Virus record (IMG/VR): IMGVR_UViG_3300046616_000188
From: a virus
DNA: 64,000 nt
Direction: 5' to 3' (one strand)
The notes beneath the pieces were generated by a model. That model was not told where the DNA came from. It saw only the letters and a program-made list of their open reading frames with translations, and did no database searches. Below, one piece after another: positions 1 to 9,033 of this stretch. Each line of letters opens with the position of its first letter. Position 1 is the stretch's first letter. A program made the position numbers and the translations under genes.

Positions 1-1
1 G

Positions 2-523
2 ATCGCACCAGCCGTAGTTAACAGTATCGATTAGTTCGAATTTGGAGACAGGAATTGTCGGTGTGTAGCTTAAAATACTGGTCGTATCCGCCGTGTTAGT
101 GAATAGGCAACCACCCGCCGTGGTCGAAGTCGATAGGACCCAACCAGCTGACGCTGGGTTAAATCCCGGCTTAACCGAGTTACGATTTTCAGTGATTGTG
201 ACTACTGTCGTGGTAAGTCCTGAACTGCCAATTTTATTTTCATTAACCGCAGGAGTGCCGAGCGCTGTGAGGGAAGCCGCGAGTTTAGCGGGCCAAGACT
301 TAGGCATGCAGCCGGTTCTCGCGGTGGCACCTGTGCCAGAGCCTTCACCAAACGTGGTACTATCTCCGATGCAAATGATTTTGCCTCGTCCCGTACCAGC
401 CGCGATGCGCGCCATGGCGGCTCGCGTCTTATTAAATTGCGTGGCTTTGAAATTGAACTGCCCCGGTATCAGTATCGCACCAGCCGTAGTTACTATTTTT
501 CTTTGATTATTACTTATAGCCAT
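2..523 (-). CDS. SGNH/GDSL-type hydrolase domain protein, 5' part (runs off the window edge)
   Basis: ATG at 523 read manually: MAISNNQRK...KIICIGDSTTFGEGSG (GDS block I-like). Open to position 2; absent from the ORF track because it has no stop in the window. Confidence 0.6.
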   Translation of the reverse strand, partial: MAISNNQRKIVTTAGAILIPGQFNFKATQFNKTRAAMARIAAGTGRGKIICIGDSTTFGEGSGTGATARTGCMPKSWPAKLAASLTALGTPAVNENKIGSSGLTTTVVTITENRNSVKPGFNPASAGWVLSTSTTAGGCLFTNTADTTSILSYTPTIPVSKFELIDTVNYGWCD

Positions 524-582
524 GACTAAAATGCCCTCAAACGCTTATTTTGAGGGCATATTAGCATTAAATGTTTAAAAAG

Positions 583-1311
583 TCAAGAAATATGCAGTTT
601 AGCCATTTCTTCGCAGATATCATCGCCGGGTACGAGCATTGAAATGCCAGTATACGAACCAATTTTCTGAGGCGATACACCTTTGCTAGGGTCGTCTGGA
701 TCATTAGGAACCATGGCATATCCGGCAGGACCATTAAGAATTGCGTCGTTCAGACCAATAACTTCACCGTCTACATTGAAGACTGGACCGCCGCTCATGC
801 CGGGGGCAACGGTTAGATCGGCGGGGAGAATATTATATTCTGTGAATGGATTTGATTCTTTGGGGCCAGCAATTTTACCAAAAGTCGTAATAAATTCTAA
901 GATAGTGGGGTTGCCCATAGAGATAATATCTTGGCCTAGTTTAACTGGCTCACAGGACAATTTTGCTTTCTTTAATGCTTTACCGGCTTTAATTGGCTTG
1001 AGAAATGCCATATCTTTTTCAGGGATAAGTTTGACGATTTCAAGGTCAAAAATCGTCCCATCAGGCGTTTTTCCGATAAATTTAGCTGATTTTGGGCCTT
1101 TTTCACCACCAAAAACGTGATTTACCGACAAAATTAGCCCATTTTCGATAAAAACGCCACTCCCATGGCCCATTTCTTCGTTTTTTTCATCAATTGCTTC
1201 AATTTTAACCACTGAAGTCATCATTTTGTCGTAATCTGGAGTCTTATTATCAAAGTAAGCGAAACTTGATAGGCCTATGATGGCTGCTGCCGCAACAATT
1301 GCAATTTTCAT
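583..1311 (-). CDS. Trypsin-like (HtrA-type, PDZ-less) serine protease with N-terminal signal/TM segment
   Basis: Triad motifs LSVNHV, DMAFL, PGMSGGPV; hydrophobic N-terminus MKIAIVAAAAIIGLSS. Start is uncertain (ORF extends to 1359). Confidence 0.85.
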   Translation of the reverse strand: MKIAIVAAAAIIGLSSFAYFDNKTPDYDKMMTSVVKIEAIDEKNEEMGHGSGVFIENGLILSVNHVFGGEKGPKSAKFIGKTPDGTIFDLEIVKLIPEKDMAFLKPIKAGKALKKAKLSCEPVKLGQDIISMGNPTILEFITTFGKIAGPKESNPFTEYNILPADLTVAPGMSGGPVFNVDGEVIGLNDAILNGPAGYAMVPNDPDDPSKGVSPQKIGSYTGISMLVPGDDICEEMAKLHIS

Positions 1312-1482
1312 AATGATTATGTTCCCATTTATTTCCGAGTAGCATGGCACATAATGCATAAAATGTCAAGAATTAAATCAATGGTCCAAAAAGTTAAAAT
1401 CTAAGTCATTGATATAACTTGTGGTGAAAATTTTTTTGGAGGGTAAGGGTGGACCCAAATTGGATAAAGGTACTTACACCCC

Positions 1483-1511
1483 TTGACAAAAATTATAATT
1501 TATGTTATAGG
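1483..1511 (+). promoter_or_regulatory. sigma70-type promoter of the HNH gene
   Basis: TTGACA-17 nt-TATAGG. Confidence 0.6.
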
Positions 1512-1544
1512 AGTGTATAAACTTTAATATTTTAGGAATTTTAA

Positions 1545-2126
1545 GTGAAAACAAAACAAATGTTAGAAAAGGAAGCTAAACTTCCTTACGAGTGGGCCGA
1601 GCAAGTTTTACGTTACGATTCTGATACTGGAAAATTATTTTGGAAAGAGCGTGATTCTTCGTTTTTTGCTAACTGGCAGCATGATGGAATCGCAGCCGCT
1701 AAATCCTTTAATGATATGTTTGCCGGTAAAGAAACTTTTAATATTGTTTCCCAAAAAGGTTATAAGCGTGGAAAAGTTTTTGGGACTCCTTACTCTGCCC
1801 ACAGGATGGCTTGGTTGTTGACATACGGCGTGTGGCCCGAAGGGGAAATAGATCACATTAACGGCGATAAAATCGATAACCGTATTGAAAATTTACGCGA
1901 TGTCACCACTGAAATAAATAATAAAAACAAACTACTTGTCAGTTCAAAGAACACAAGCGGTTATTCAGGAGTCAGCTGGGTAAAATCCAAGAAAAAGTGG
2001 AAAGCTGCTATTATGGTTGATAAAAAGAAAAAATTCCTTGGTTACTTCCACGATAAAGAAAAGGCAAATGAGGCTGTGCTGGCCGCTAGGCCTCAAGCCG
2101 GTTACACCGAGCGTCATGGTACGTAA
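1545..2126 (+). CDS. HNH homing endonuclease with C-terminal AP2-like domain
   Basis: AHRMAW...EIDHINGDKIDNRIENLR and SGYSGVSW..KKWKAAI...LGYF motifs; opposite strand to its neighbours. Confidence 0.9.
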   Translation: MKTKQMLEKEAKLPYEWAEQVLRYDSDTGKLFWKERDSSFFANWQHDGIAAAKSFNDMFAGKETFNIVSQKGYKRGKVFGTPYSAHRMAWLLTYGVWPEGEIDHINGDKIDNRIENLRDVTTEINNKNKLLVSSKNTSGYSGVSWVKSKKKWKAAIMVDKKKKFLGYFHDKEKANEAVLAARPQAGYTERHGT

Positions 2127-2307
2127 TCTCCGTATCACTTGTAGTGCCGTAAAAATTTTTAGGTAAGGGTAGCAATGTGCCGGGGAGGCTTTGCCACAAC
2201 TTGTGTTGTATACTCGTTACGGTAGTAAGGACGGATTCGAGGCCACCATGGGGTGTGGCCTTGGGTCCCTCCTCATTTTAAATCAATAATAGATTCAAGT
2301 CAACTCA

Positions 2308-2514
2308 TTAATGCATTACCTCATCACAATATGTTTCAACCATTTCAATATTTTCTATTTTAAACTCAATGTTCATAGGCGAGTCCGCCTTATTCACTGC
2401 GTCTTCAATGGTGCGACATGCAATGAGTGAGTCGTATGGTGCATAGGGCAACGTTACATCCATGTCTGTTACAGGGTTATGCAGGACAAGGAACAATGTG
2501 AATATCGTATTCAT
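2308..2514 (-). CDS. Small two-Cys hypothetical protein
   Basis: 68 aa ORF with SD (AGGAG); hydrophobic N-terminal strand, SxxxC and a late Cys. Confidence 0.6.
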   Translation of the reverse strand: MNTIFTLFLVLHNPVTDMDVTLPYAPYDSLIACRTIEDAVNKADSPMNIEFKIENIEMVETYCDEVMH

Positions 2515-2562
2515 TCGCGTTCTCCTATGGTGTGGCGCATGGCGTGGCGTGCATGCCTCGCA

Positions 2563-2763
2563 TCATCCCATTAAGTAAGTGAATACAGGTAGGACAAGCC
2601 ATGTATCAACGGCTTGCGTGTATGCGTTGCTACCTGCTATCCAATGCACAATGAACGATGACACGATGCATGTACCTGTCGCACCATAGGCAAGAGCAAG
2701 GCTTGTGCCGACTGCATCTATCACTTGAGCTTGCGCCTTGCGGTATGTGGTACGGTTAAGCAT
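2563..2763 (-). CDS. Small membrane protein
   Basis: SD AAGGAG, ATG at 2763, hydrophobic segments. Confidence 0.6.
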   Translation of the reverse strand: MLNRTTYRKAQAQVIDAVGTSLALAYGATGTCIVSSFIVHWIAGSNAYTQAVDTWLVLPVFTYLMG

Positions 2764-2911
2764 GTCGTTAACTCCTTTGTTCATACATAGACCATATAGA
2801 ACAATGTAAGATAACGCAATACATTATCTTACATCAATCATAATCTATTATATATTACATATCACTAATGAATATATAATGTATAATAGATTAACCTATG
2901 CAGCAGGTAGG

Positions 2912-2947
2912 CTATGGGCCATGCACCATATGGAGCATGGCCTATAG
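2912..2947. repeat. Near-perfect 36-bp palindrome
   Basis: ctatgggccatgc-a-ccatatgg-a-gcatggcctatag, just 3' of the 2954-3448 gene. Confidence 0.8.
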
Positions 2948-2953
2948 ATGGGC

Positions 2954-3448
2954 TTATACCTTGATAAGCGTGCGCTGATGCATGCACTGGATATTATAAC
3001 CGCCAGCAACGATTGTGTTGATGGTAACGACCTTGCGGCCCTTGTCAGTCATGACAACAAAAACCCCGTCAAAGCCGTTTGCAGAACGGGAATAATCAGA
3101 AGAAACAACTTCCAGAATTCCGGCCTTTTCCAGCTTTGCCGAAATGCTCGCATTGCGCTTTGCTATGGTCGCGGCGCAATTTTTCGTAACGAATTCTTCA
3201 ACCATTTTCGGGCTGCGACCGTAAAAAACGTTCCACCATGTTTTGCCGCCAGCAACGTTGAAAAGACCGTCATAATAAGCGCTTTCACCCATGGCGCGGC
3301 GCTTAGCTGAATTCTCGGCAACATATTCTTTGATTGCAGCAACGCGGCCCTTTGCCCATTCCTGCTGTCTAGCAACGAATTCTGCATCAAGCTCAACAAA
3401 GATGGAAGCAAGAGCGGTTTCGATGGCTTGGAATGTCTTGTAGGTCAT
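2954..3448 (-). CDS. Hypothetical early protein
   Basis: 164 aa, SD AAGGAAATACGGAAATG. Confidence 0.75.
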   Translation of the reverse strand: MTYKTFQAIETALASIFVELDAEFVARQQEWAKGRVAAIKEYVAENSAKRRAMGESAYYDGLFNVAGGKTWWNVFYGRSPKMVEEFVTKNCAATIAKRNASISAKLEKAGILEVVSSDYSRSANGFDGVFVVMTDKGRKVVTINTIVAGGYNIQCMHQRTLIKV

Positions 3449-3981
3449 TTCCGTATTTCCTTGTTTCGATGATTTAATTTCGCACGATTCGCTTTTTCTT
3501 ACAAGCGGAATCTTTCAAAAATTTCACTTTTTTATTGTTTAAGAATTTCGAACAAAATCACTTCATTGTTTACCGTGAACGGAAAGAGAACAAATCGCAC
3601 GGCGAAGTTTTCCGATACATGATAGCGCAGATGTAAGAAAACGCTTCTATGGCCTTCTATGGCGGTTTAAATCGCCGTGAACAAACGTTCTCTAAACGTT
3701 CCGTTTTTGTACCGAAATAAAAAGCGCGCAAGGGGCGCGTTCACATCCTACTGAATTAAAAATAGAATAAATAAAAAATTGATTCTTGGCAAGCCCCTTT
3801 AAAAATAAAAATCGCGCTCCACAAAAAGCCTTTTAGAGCCTTGTGGAACGCGTTTAACAGTTTTGGCTAGGGCAATCCGCCCTAACCCCTATTTGCTTAT
3901 CCTAGGCCATTCTAGAGCGGCCAAATGCACCATAGCAGCACGCAAGCCGCGATAAATCCCGCTAGTTGAAACAATCCGATT

Positions 3982-4221
3982 CTAGCTCCTTTTCGGCCTA
4001 GTTGCGGGAATGGCGATTCTTTGCCCATTAGCGAACCGGCAAGAGGCGAAACGCTCCTTAACGTCGTCTAGCGCGTCACTGTAAACGATTCGATTGGAGG
4101 GGCTGTTATTGATCGTTTCGGCCATGGCAAAGCAGGAGTCTTGCGTGCCAATGTCAAACCGCGACAATGTTGCGGTTTGATCGGGCGAATTGAGGATTAG
4201 AACAAGGATTAGCTTTTCCAT
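3982..4221 (-). CDS. Small two-Cys hypothetical protein
   Basis: Start MEKLILVLIL is coupled to the upstream TGA (TGACATG). Confidence 0.6.
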   Translation of the reverse strand: MEKLILVLILNSPDQTATLSRFDIGTQDSCFAMAETINNSPSNRIVYSDALDDVKERFASCRFANGQRIAIPATRPKRS

Positions 4222-4222
4222 G

Positions 4223-4819
4223 TCAAATTGCCTGAATAACTTTGTAGCCAATGGCTCTAAGGTAATTCAAGCCGGATTCGCGGAAACATGAGCTATAGCC
4301 GGTTTCGCAATCATCCGACATTTCCCATTCCCTTTGCAGCTTGAAAGCCGTTTCTTTGACTTCCTCCCATCTTGCGTTTTTCGTGTCTGCATCAGTGTCA
4401 GCGATTCCAAGCGCTTCATACGCCTTTTCATACCAGTCATTGCTGTAAACGGTTCTGCCGGTCGCCTTGCTGATACTGGTATAATTTGCCAGACTATAAC
4501 CCTTTTTGGGCTGATAGTCACGCGGATAAAGCTTGTGCCCTTTTGGCGGTTTCGGCGCGTCTTCACTGCTAGCGTGATTCGTCATCTTGTGCCCGTCAAT
4601 CGTCATTCCAGAAAGAGCGGCAGTGAATTTGTCATAGCCATAGCCTCCCGCCGTGGCATGCTGAAACTCGCCATTGAAATCATGCACATTGACAAGGCAA
4701 GTCCCGCCGTCGCTGAAATGCGCCTTGATCGTTGCGACATGTTCGCCTTTCTTGTTCAAGACGACATAGGCCGAAATGCTCTTGCCTGCTTTGGTATCAT
4801 GCACATATTTGGTCGCCAT
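4223..4819 (-). CDS. Hypothetical early protein
   Basis: 198 aa, SD AAGGAG; contains AGGYGYDK. Confidence 0.75.
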   Translation of the reverse strand: MATKYVHDTKAGKSISAYVVLNKKGEHVATIKAHFSDGGTCLVNVHDFNGEFQHATAGGYGYDKFTAALSGMTIDGHKMTNHASSEDAPKPPKGHKLYPRDYQPKKGYSLANYTSISKATGRTVYSNDWYEKAYEALGIADTDADTKNARWEEVKETAFKLQREWEMSDDCETGYSSCFRESGLNYLRAIGYKVIQAI

Positions 4820-4836
4820 GCTTAAAACTCCTTTGT

Positions 4837-4884
4837 AAGCATTTAGGAATGGCGCTATGACATAGCGCCATGGTCTAAAGGCTT
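4837..4884 (-). other. Intergenic long stem-loop, RNase III-site-like (copy 1 of 3)
   Basis: RNA AAGC-C-UUUAG-ACC-[11-bp stem]-UC-CUAAA-U-GCUU between a stop codon and the next SD. Confidence 0.65.
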
Positions 4885-5074
4885 AAGCTTTCACCTTGTA
4901 TTTAAGCGAGGCGAAAGAGTGGGATACACTTTCAACAAAAACGTTGTTTGTGTTGACAATAACCACGATACGAGACGTTACGGCGGATACAATGAATTCG
5001 CGGCGCTCCTCATTAACGAGAATCATGCCTTTAACAAACTGAATTCCCTTGTAATCTACATGGCCCATAAACAT
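4883..5074 (-). CDS. Hypothetical early protein
   Basis: Start MFMGHV after AAGGAAATAAGCAG. Confidence 0.65.
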   Translation of the reverse strand: MFMGHVDYKGIQFVKGMILVNEERREFIVSAVTSRIVVIVNTNNVFVESVSHSFASLKYKVKA

Positions 5075-5096
5075 CTGCTTATTTCCTTGTTTCGAT

Positions 5097-5131
5097 AGAT
5101 GTAAGTTAGAACATTTCCTTACATCTGGCAA
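5097..5131 (-). promoter_or_regulatory. Palindromic early promoter (short-spacing class)
   Basis: TTGCCA-17-TAACTT; 9-bp arms AGATGTAAG/CTTACATCT separated by 12 nt. Confidence 0.75.
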
Positions 5132-5140
5132 GAGGGAATT

Positions 5141-5452
5141 TTAAAAAAGTTGCAGAGTGTTTATGTAAACGCGGAAATAAATCAAGCGTCCTGCATCGCT
5201 ATCGGGATCAATACCGGCTTCATAGCAAGTATCTAATGCGTTTTGATCAGCTGAATCATGCTTCGCTTGTGTCGCCTTGCCGCGATAGTGAAGCGCGGTA
5301 GCGGCTTCATTGCGGATTGCCTCAAGCAATGCGGCAAAGGCTTTATCTTCCACGTTCCAAGCCTCAAGAGTTTGCGCATTATCGGCAATTTCCTTTGCAG
5401 CCTGATATGCGAGAAATTCAGCCGCGAAGTTGGTTACAAGCTCATTTGCCAT
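5141..5452 (-). CDS. Hypothetical early protein
   Basis: 103 aa, SD, dedicated upstream promoter. Confidence 0.7.
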   Translation of the reverse strand: MANELVTNFAAEFLAYQAAKEIADNAQTLEAWNVEDKAFAALLEAIRNEAATALHYRGKATQAKHDSADQNALDTCYEAGIDPDSDAGRLIYFRVYINTLQLF

Positions 5453-5473
5453 TGCCGTTTCCTCTTGTTCGAT

Positions 5474-5508
5474 AGATGTAAGTTAGAACATTTTCTTACA
5501 TCTGGCAA
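5474..5508 (-). promoter_or_regulatory. Palindromic early promoter (short-spacing class)
   Basis: Near-identical to 5097-5131. Confidence 0.75.
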
Positions 5509-5537
5509 GAGAGAATTTTAAAAAAGTGAAGCGCTCC

Positions 5538-6296
5538 TTAGAGCGCTTTAGGCCGATTAACGATTGTCGTCTTGACGCCTTTATAATCGTTATGCTGCTT
5601 TACCGTCGCTTTGAAAGAGATGGTATCTCCCATTTTCCCCATCTCGTTATTGAAGAATGAAACAATGTCGTTACCGATTCTAACTTTCGTGATAGTGTAA
5701 CCGGCTTGGAATTCCGTTTCCTGCTTTTCAATGAAAGCAAAAATTTCGCCTTTAAATTCGCGACGTTCGCCAATCGTGCCAATGAAGGAAGAAAGAGAGT
5801 CAACTGCGAAGCGTTCGGCGCGGATTGCCTCGCGTTTGGCAATCAAACCCTTTTCCAGTGCAACGCCTTGGCAAGCCGCAATCAAGGCATTGGAAACCAT
5901 GTTAGCTTCGCTCAAAGCTTGATCCGCAAAATACAGCACATATGAATCAGGAGCATCAACAATCTTGACGCCTTTGTGTTTACCGAACGGAAAAACGCCG
6001 CTTTCAATCGCTTCAATGTTGCGCGTGTCATAGATCGAAAGTTTGCCACGGCGCTTGTCAGCGACAAATTCAGGGCAATCATCAAGAATGATGACAAGGC
6101 TTTCTTGATCAGCAACGCGTTGCTGCAAACGCTCTACATAGTCCGTTGCCTTCTCAATTGCTTTTTCTTCCGTAGCAGCAAGATTGCAGATGTAGTTATC
6201 AAGAAAATGAACGTTGCCACGTACCGCGACTCGCAGTGTGTACATAGCATTTTTAGCGCCGGTCGAAATGTAGTAATTGCGAATCTGCTTTTCCAT
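5538..6296 (-). CDS. Protein with DUF3820-like motif and C-terminal OB-fold-like domain
   Basis: FPFGKHKG..I.DAPDSYV.Y motif; C-terminus FIGTIGERR...GDTISFKATVKQH..YKG. Confidence 0.6.
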   Translation of the reverse strand: MEKQIRNYYISTGAKNAMYTLRVAVRGNVHFLDNYICNLAATEEKAIEKATDYVERLQQRVADQESLVIILDDCPEFVADKRRGKLSIYDTRNIEAIESGVFPFGKHKGVKIVDAPDSYVLYFADQALSEANMVSNALIAACQGVALEKGLIAKREAIRAERFAVDSLSSFIGTIGERREFKGEIFAFIEKQETEFQAGYTITKVRIGNDIVSFFNNEMGKMGDTISFKATVKQHNDYKGVKTTIVNRPKAL

Positions 6297-6318
6297 TTCC
6301 GTATTCCCTTTAATTGCG

Positions 6319-6361
6319 TTGACCATGTAAGGAAGATACGACTCTTTCCTTACATGGTCAA
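6319..6361 (-). promoter_or_regulatory. Palindromic early promoter
   Basis: Perfect 16-bp IR TTGACCATGTAAGGAA-N11-TTCCTTACATGGTCAA; minus strand TTGACC-17-TATCTT. Confidence 0.85.
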
Positions 6362-6563
6362 TAGGCAAATCACGGAATTTTTAATAAAACCGCTTTTCGT
6401 TTCCGTCGCGCTTATCCGCCGCAACGAAAGAGAAAACGTTGCGCCTTGCGGCCTTATCACGTCTTGCGTTCTGGATTGCGCGCTTGTTCATTTTGTTCTG
6501 CGACATGCTCTTAACTCCTTTTGAGCTTATCCCGTTCCACCATTGGAACGGGAAACGTTGCGG

Positions 6564-6950
6564 TTAATATTCGATATCTGCACTCAGCGCGGAATGAAAA
6601 CATTCCGCGATGTAGTCTTTGATTTGGCGCTTGTCGCGTCCAGTGACGCGGATTGTGAAGCCATACACAAGAGAAGGCGTCACAATAACCTTGTGCATGG
6701 TCCAACCATCGTAATAGCCTGCATCGTTCATGTGATGAAATCCCGTTTCAAAAACGAGACGTTCCGGCTTGCTTTCATCATCGTTGAATTGCGTTCCAGA
6801 ATCGAAGCCGGAACCGGATGGCATAACATTTTTGCAAATGTCTGTAATGGCGTCTTCGTGCTTTTCCAGCCATTCCACATTGCCGGATTTCTCGCAATTC
6901 AGCATTGCTTGGAACCGATTCGCAATTTCCTGATAAACTTTGCGCTGCAT
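6564..6950 (-). CDS. Hypothetical phage early protein
   Basis: 128 aa; MPSGSGFDSG...FHHMN..GYYDGWT resembles, from recall, a phage family of unknown function. Confidence 0.75.
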   Translation of the reverse strand: MQRKVYQEIANRFQAMLNCEKSGNVEWLEKHEDAITDICKNVMPSGSGFDSGTQFNDDESKPERLVFETGFHHMNDAGYYDGWTMHKVIVTPSLVYGFTIRVTGRDKRQIKDYIAECFHSALSADIEY

Positions 6951-6955
6951 TTCCG

Positions 6956-7162
6956 TTACTCCTTAACGGGCTCGATTGAAAAGATTTCGGACATTGCGCC
7001 TTCATAGGCAAAAACGTCGAAATGGTCTGGATTGTCGCTATCCTCTTCAATGAACATATCAGAGAACATTGTGAGAATGAACGCCTTTGCCGCATCAACC
7101 GTTTCCACGGTCTTGAGCAGCTTTTTCGCGCCATTCGCGATTGTCTCGATTTTGTAGGCCAT
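6956..7162 (-). CDS. Small acidic hypothetical protein
   Basis: 68 aa with SD and own promoter. Confidence 0.65.
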   Translation of the reverse strand: MAYKIETIANGAKKLLKTVETVDAAKAFILTMFSDMFIEEDSDNPDHFDVFAYEGAMSEIFSIEPVKE

Positions 7163-7178
7163 TTCTTCAATCCCTTGT

Positions 7179-7221
7179 TTGACTATGTAAGGATATTAAA
7201 ATCATTTCCTTACATAGTCAA
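7179..7221 (-). promoter_or_regulatory. Palindromic early promoter
   Basis: 15-bp IR TTGACTATGTAAGGA/TCCTTACATAGTCAA; TTGACT-17-TAATAT. Confidence 0.85.
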
Positions 7222-7230
7222 TACCTTTTT

Positions 7231-7551
7231 TCACTTAAATTTCACTTTGACGCTATGCCAGCCAGCCTTAACGCTTACAACGCGTTTTCCAGCCGGAACA
7301 AACGTTGTGTTGCCTACCTGCTTAAACTTGCCATTCGACAAGCGTCGAATCACGTTGAACGGTTCAAAGCCTGTTACAGCGTTCCACGCGGTAAAGAATG
7401 CCGCATCTCTTGCAACGCTATCGCCACGCAAGTTTTCGCTTGTGGCATGAATGCACTTGCCATTGTGCCACAACGTAAACGCGTTAGTTTGCGTTTCGTA
7501 GCACTTAATTTCCACTCCCATTTTATAGCGGGAAAAAATAAGGTTCTGCAT
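7231..7551 (-). CDS. Hypothetical early protein
   Basis: 106 aa, SD AAGGAGCTAAG. Confidence 0.65.
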   Translation of the reverse strand: MQNLIFSRYKMGVEIKCYETQTNAFTLWHNGKCIHATSENLRGDSVARDAAFFTAWNAVTGFEPFNVIRRLSNGKFKQVGNTTFVPAGKRVVSVKAGWHSVKVKFK

Positions 7552-7555
7552 TGGC

Positions 7556-7774
7556 TTAGCTCCTTAAAGCCGTTTTGGCTTCATTCATGACACTGAAAAG
7601 CGCGCGGCGCGTTCTGGTAAAGCTTGCCGGAACCGATACGCGATTAAGAAGGCCTAGCGCCTTGCACATAGCGTTGTAACGCGTTTCATGGCAAACCGTA
7701 CCATCTCGGCTTTCAAGCCAGCGCAAGCGGCTTACAATGGCTTGAATCTCGTTTTTGATGTAAGTATCAGTCAT
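7556..7774 (-). CDS. Hypothetical early protein
   Basis: 72 aa, SD GGAGCTAAG. Confidence 0.65.
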   Translation of the reverse strand: MTDTYIKNEIQAIVSRLRWLESRDGTVCHETRYNAMCKALGLLNRVSVPASFTRTRRALFSVMNEAKTALRS

Positions 7775-7792
7775 GGCCTTAGCTCCATTGGC

Positions 7793-7838
7793 AAGCGTTT
7801 AAGAATGGCGCTCCAATGAGCGCCAAATTTAAAGGCTT
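7793..7838 (-). other. Intergenic long stem-loop, RNase III-site-like (copy 2 of 3)
   Basis: AAGC-C-UUUAA-AUU-UGGCGCUC-loop-GAGCGCCA-UUC-UUAAA-C-GCUU. Confidence 0.65.
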
Positions 7839-8016
7839 AGTTGTTTCGTTCAGCTTCGATTGCTTCCATTGCCTCACGAATAACGCGAGTCATGTCGGAA
7901 AAATCGCCGTGGTTTTCGATGAAAGTAATGGCCCACTCTTTCAGTGAAGGGGAAATGATTCCCAACTCAGTCAAGACCATTTTTTCCTTCAAAGCCTTTG
8001 TTTCTGCGTTTGCCAT
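7837..8016 (-). CDS. Hypothetical early protein
   Basis: Start MANAET after AAGGAAATACGGAA. Confidence 0.65.
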   Translation of the reverse strand: MANAETKALKEKMVLTELGIISPSLKEWAITFIENHGDFSDMTRVIREAMEAIEAERNN

Positions 8017-8032
8017 TTCCGTATTTCCTTTG

Positions 8033-8075
8033 TTGACCATGTAAGGAACTTAAACGCTTTTCCTTACATGGTCAA
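8033..8075 (-). promoter_or_regulatory. Palindromic early promoter
   Basis: Perfect 16-bp IR; TTGACC-17-TAAGTT. Confidence 0.85.
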
Positions 8076-8091
8076 TAGGCTTTTTAAAAAA

Positions 8092-8430
8092 TTACCATCT
8101 TTCGCCAGTAAGCCAAACTTTGAAGTTTTCAGGGAATTTCAAACCATAGGGCAAATCTTTGTTTGCGCGGCAGAACCTGTTATGGAGTGCAGGCTTTTCG
8201 CTATGCATCCATTTTTTGAAATCTTGATATTCCGGCAAAGCCGCATACATATCGTTTATCTTGTCGCGGTTATGGCAATAAACATAACCGCCAAACGGTT
8301 GTGCCGTAACGCCTAATGCAGACATGCTGGCGACATAAGTGCGATATTCAGAAAAGAGCGGATGCGACTCATCTGCTTTAGTCGTAACAGGCTGAATCGG
8401 AGCCATGGCGGCGCGTGACATATCAAACAT
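8092..8430 (-). CDS. Hypothetical early protein
   Basis: Start MFDMSR after AAGGAACTAAGCAG. Confidence 0.7.
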   Translation of the reverse strand: MFDMSRAAMAPIQPVTTKADESHPLFSEYRTYVASMSALGVTAQPFGGYVYCHNRDKINDMYAALPEYQDFKKWMHSEKPALHNRFCRANKDLPYGLKFPENFKVWLTGERW

Positions 8431-8446
8431 CTGCTTAGTTCCTTTG

Positions 8447-8489
8447 TTGACCATGTAAGGAAGATATGACTCTTTCCTTACATGGTCAA
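8447..8489 (-). promoter_or_regulatory. Palindromic early promoter
   Basis: Perfect 16-bp IR; TTGACC-17-TATCTT. Confidence 0.85.
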
Positions 8490-8497
8490 TAGGCTTT

Positions 8498-8782
8498 TTA
8501 AATTTTATTCAGCGCCAAGCGCAAATCATACGTGCGCTTGATATCTGCTCTAATCGCTGCAATCGTCTCAGCGCTAAGACCGTCAACAATCATGAACGGT
8601 TCAACGATATTAGCGCCGCTCAAGTTTTGAACCGTGATAATCACGCCGCTAGCCATATACTTATCGGTATTGGCCTTTCCGATATCCCTGTTAGCACTTG
8701 CCAGCGTTCCTATATCATGCGCCTTGGATTGCAACAAATCTTTCGCGAGTTGCGCGGTGCGGGAAAGTTTCTTTGCAGTCAT
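8498..8782 (-). CDS. Hypothetical early protein
   Basis: 94 aa, translationally coupled to the upstream gene. Confidence 0.65.
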   Translation of the reverse strand: MTAKKLSRTAQLAKDLLQSKAHDIGTLASANRDIGKANTDKYMASGVIITVQNLSGANIVEPFMIVDGLSAETIAAIRADIKRTYDLRLALNKI

Positions 8783-9021
8783 TAGCTCAAATCCTCTTTT
8801 GCGTAACGGATTCGACCGTCATCGATATATAGGCCGGTTTCGTGGTTATAACCATCTCTAACCCATTTATGTGCCGTGGTACGATGAATGGCCTTGTAGA
8901 GCCAAAAGCCGTTGCCTCCATCATCGTCACTTTCATAAACGAATCGATTGGCTTGCTCCATAGCCTTCTCCGACCTAAATTCAACAAGCATGTCGCGGCG
9001 TTGATCGATGGCATAAATCAT
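8782..9021 (-). CDS. Hypothetical early protein
   Basis: 79 aa, SD GAGGAGCTAAGCAG. Confidence 0.65.
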   Translation of the reverse strand: MIYAIDQRRDMLVEFRSEKAMEQANRFVYESDDDGGNGFWLYKAIHRTTAHKWVRDGYNHETGLYIDDGRIRYAKEDLS

Positions 9022-9033
9022 CTGCTTAGCTCC

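Noticed and set aside
93-506. Plus-strand 137-aa ORF
   Set aside because: Antisense shadow of the minus-strand SGNH-like gene; no SD or motif
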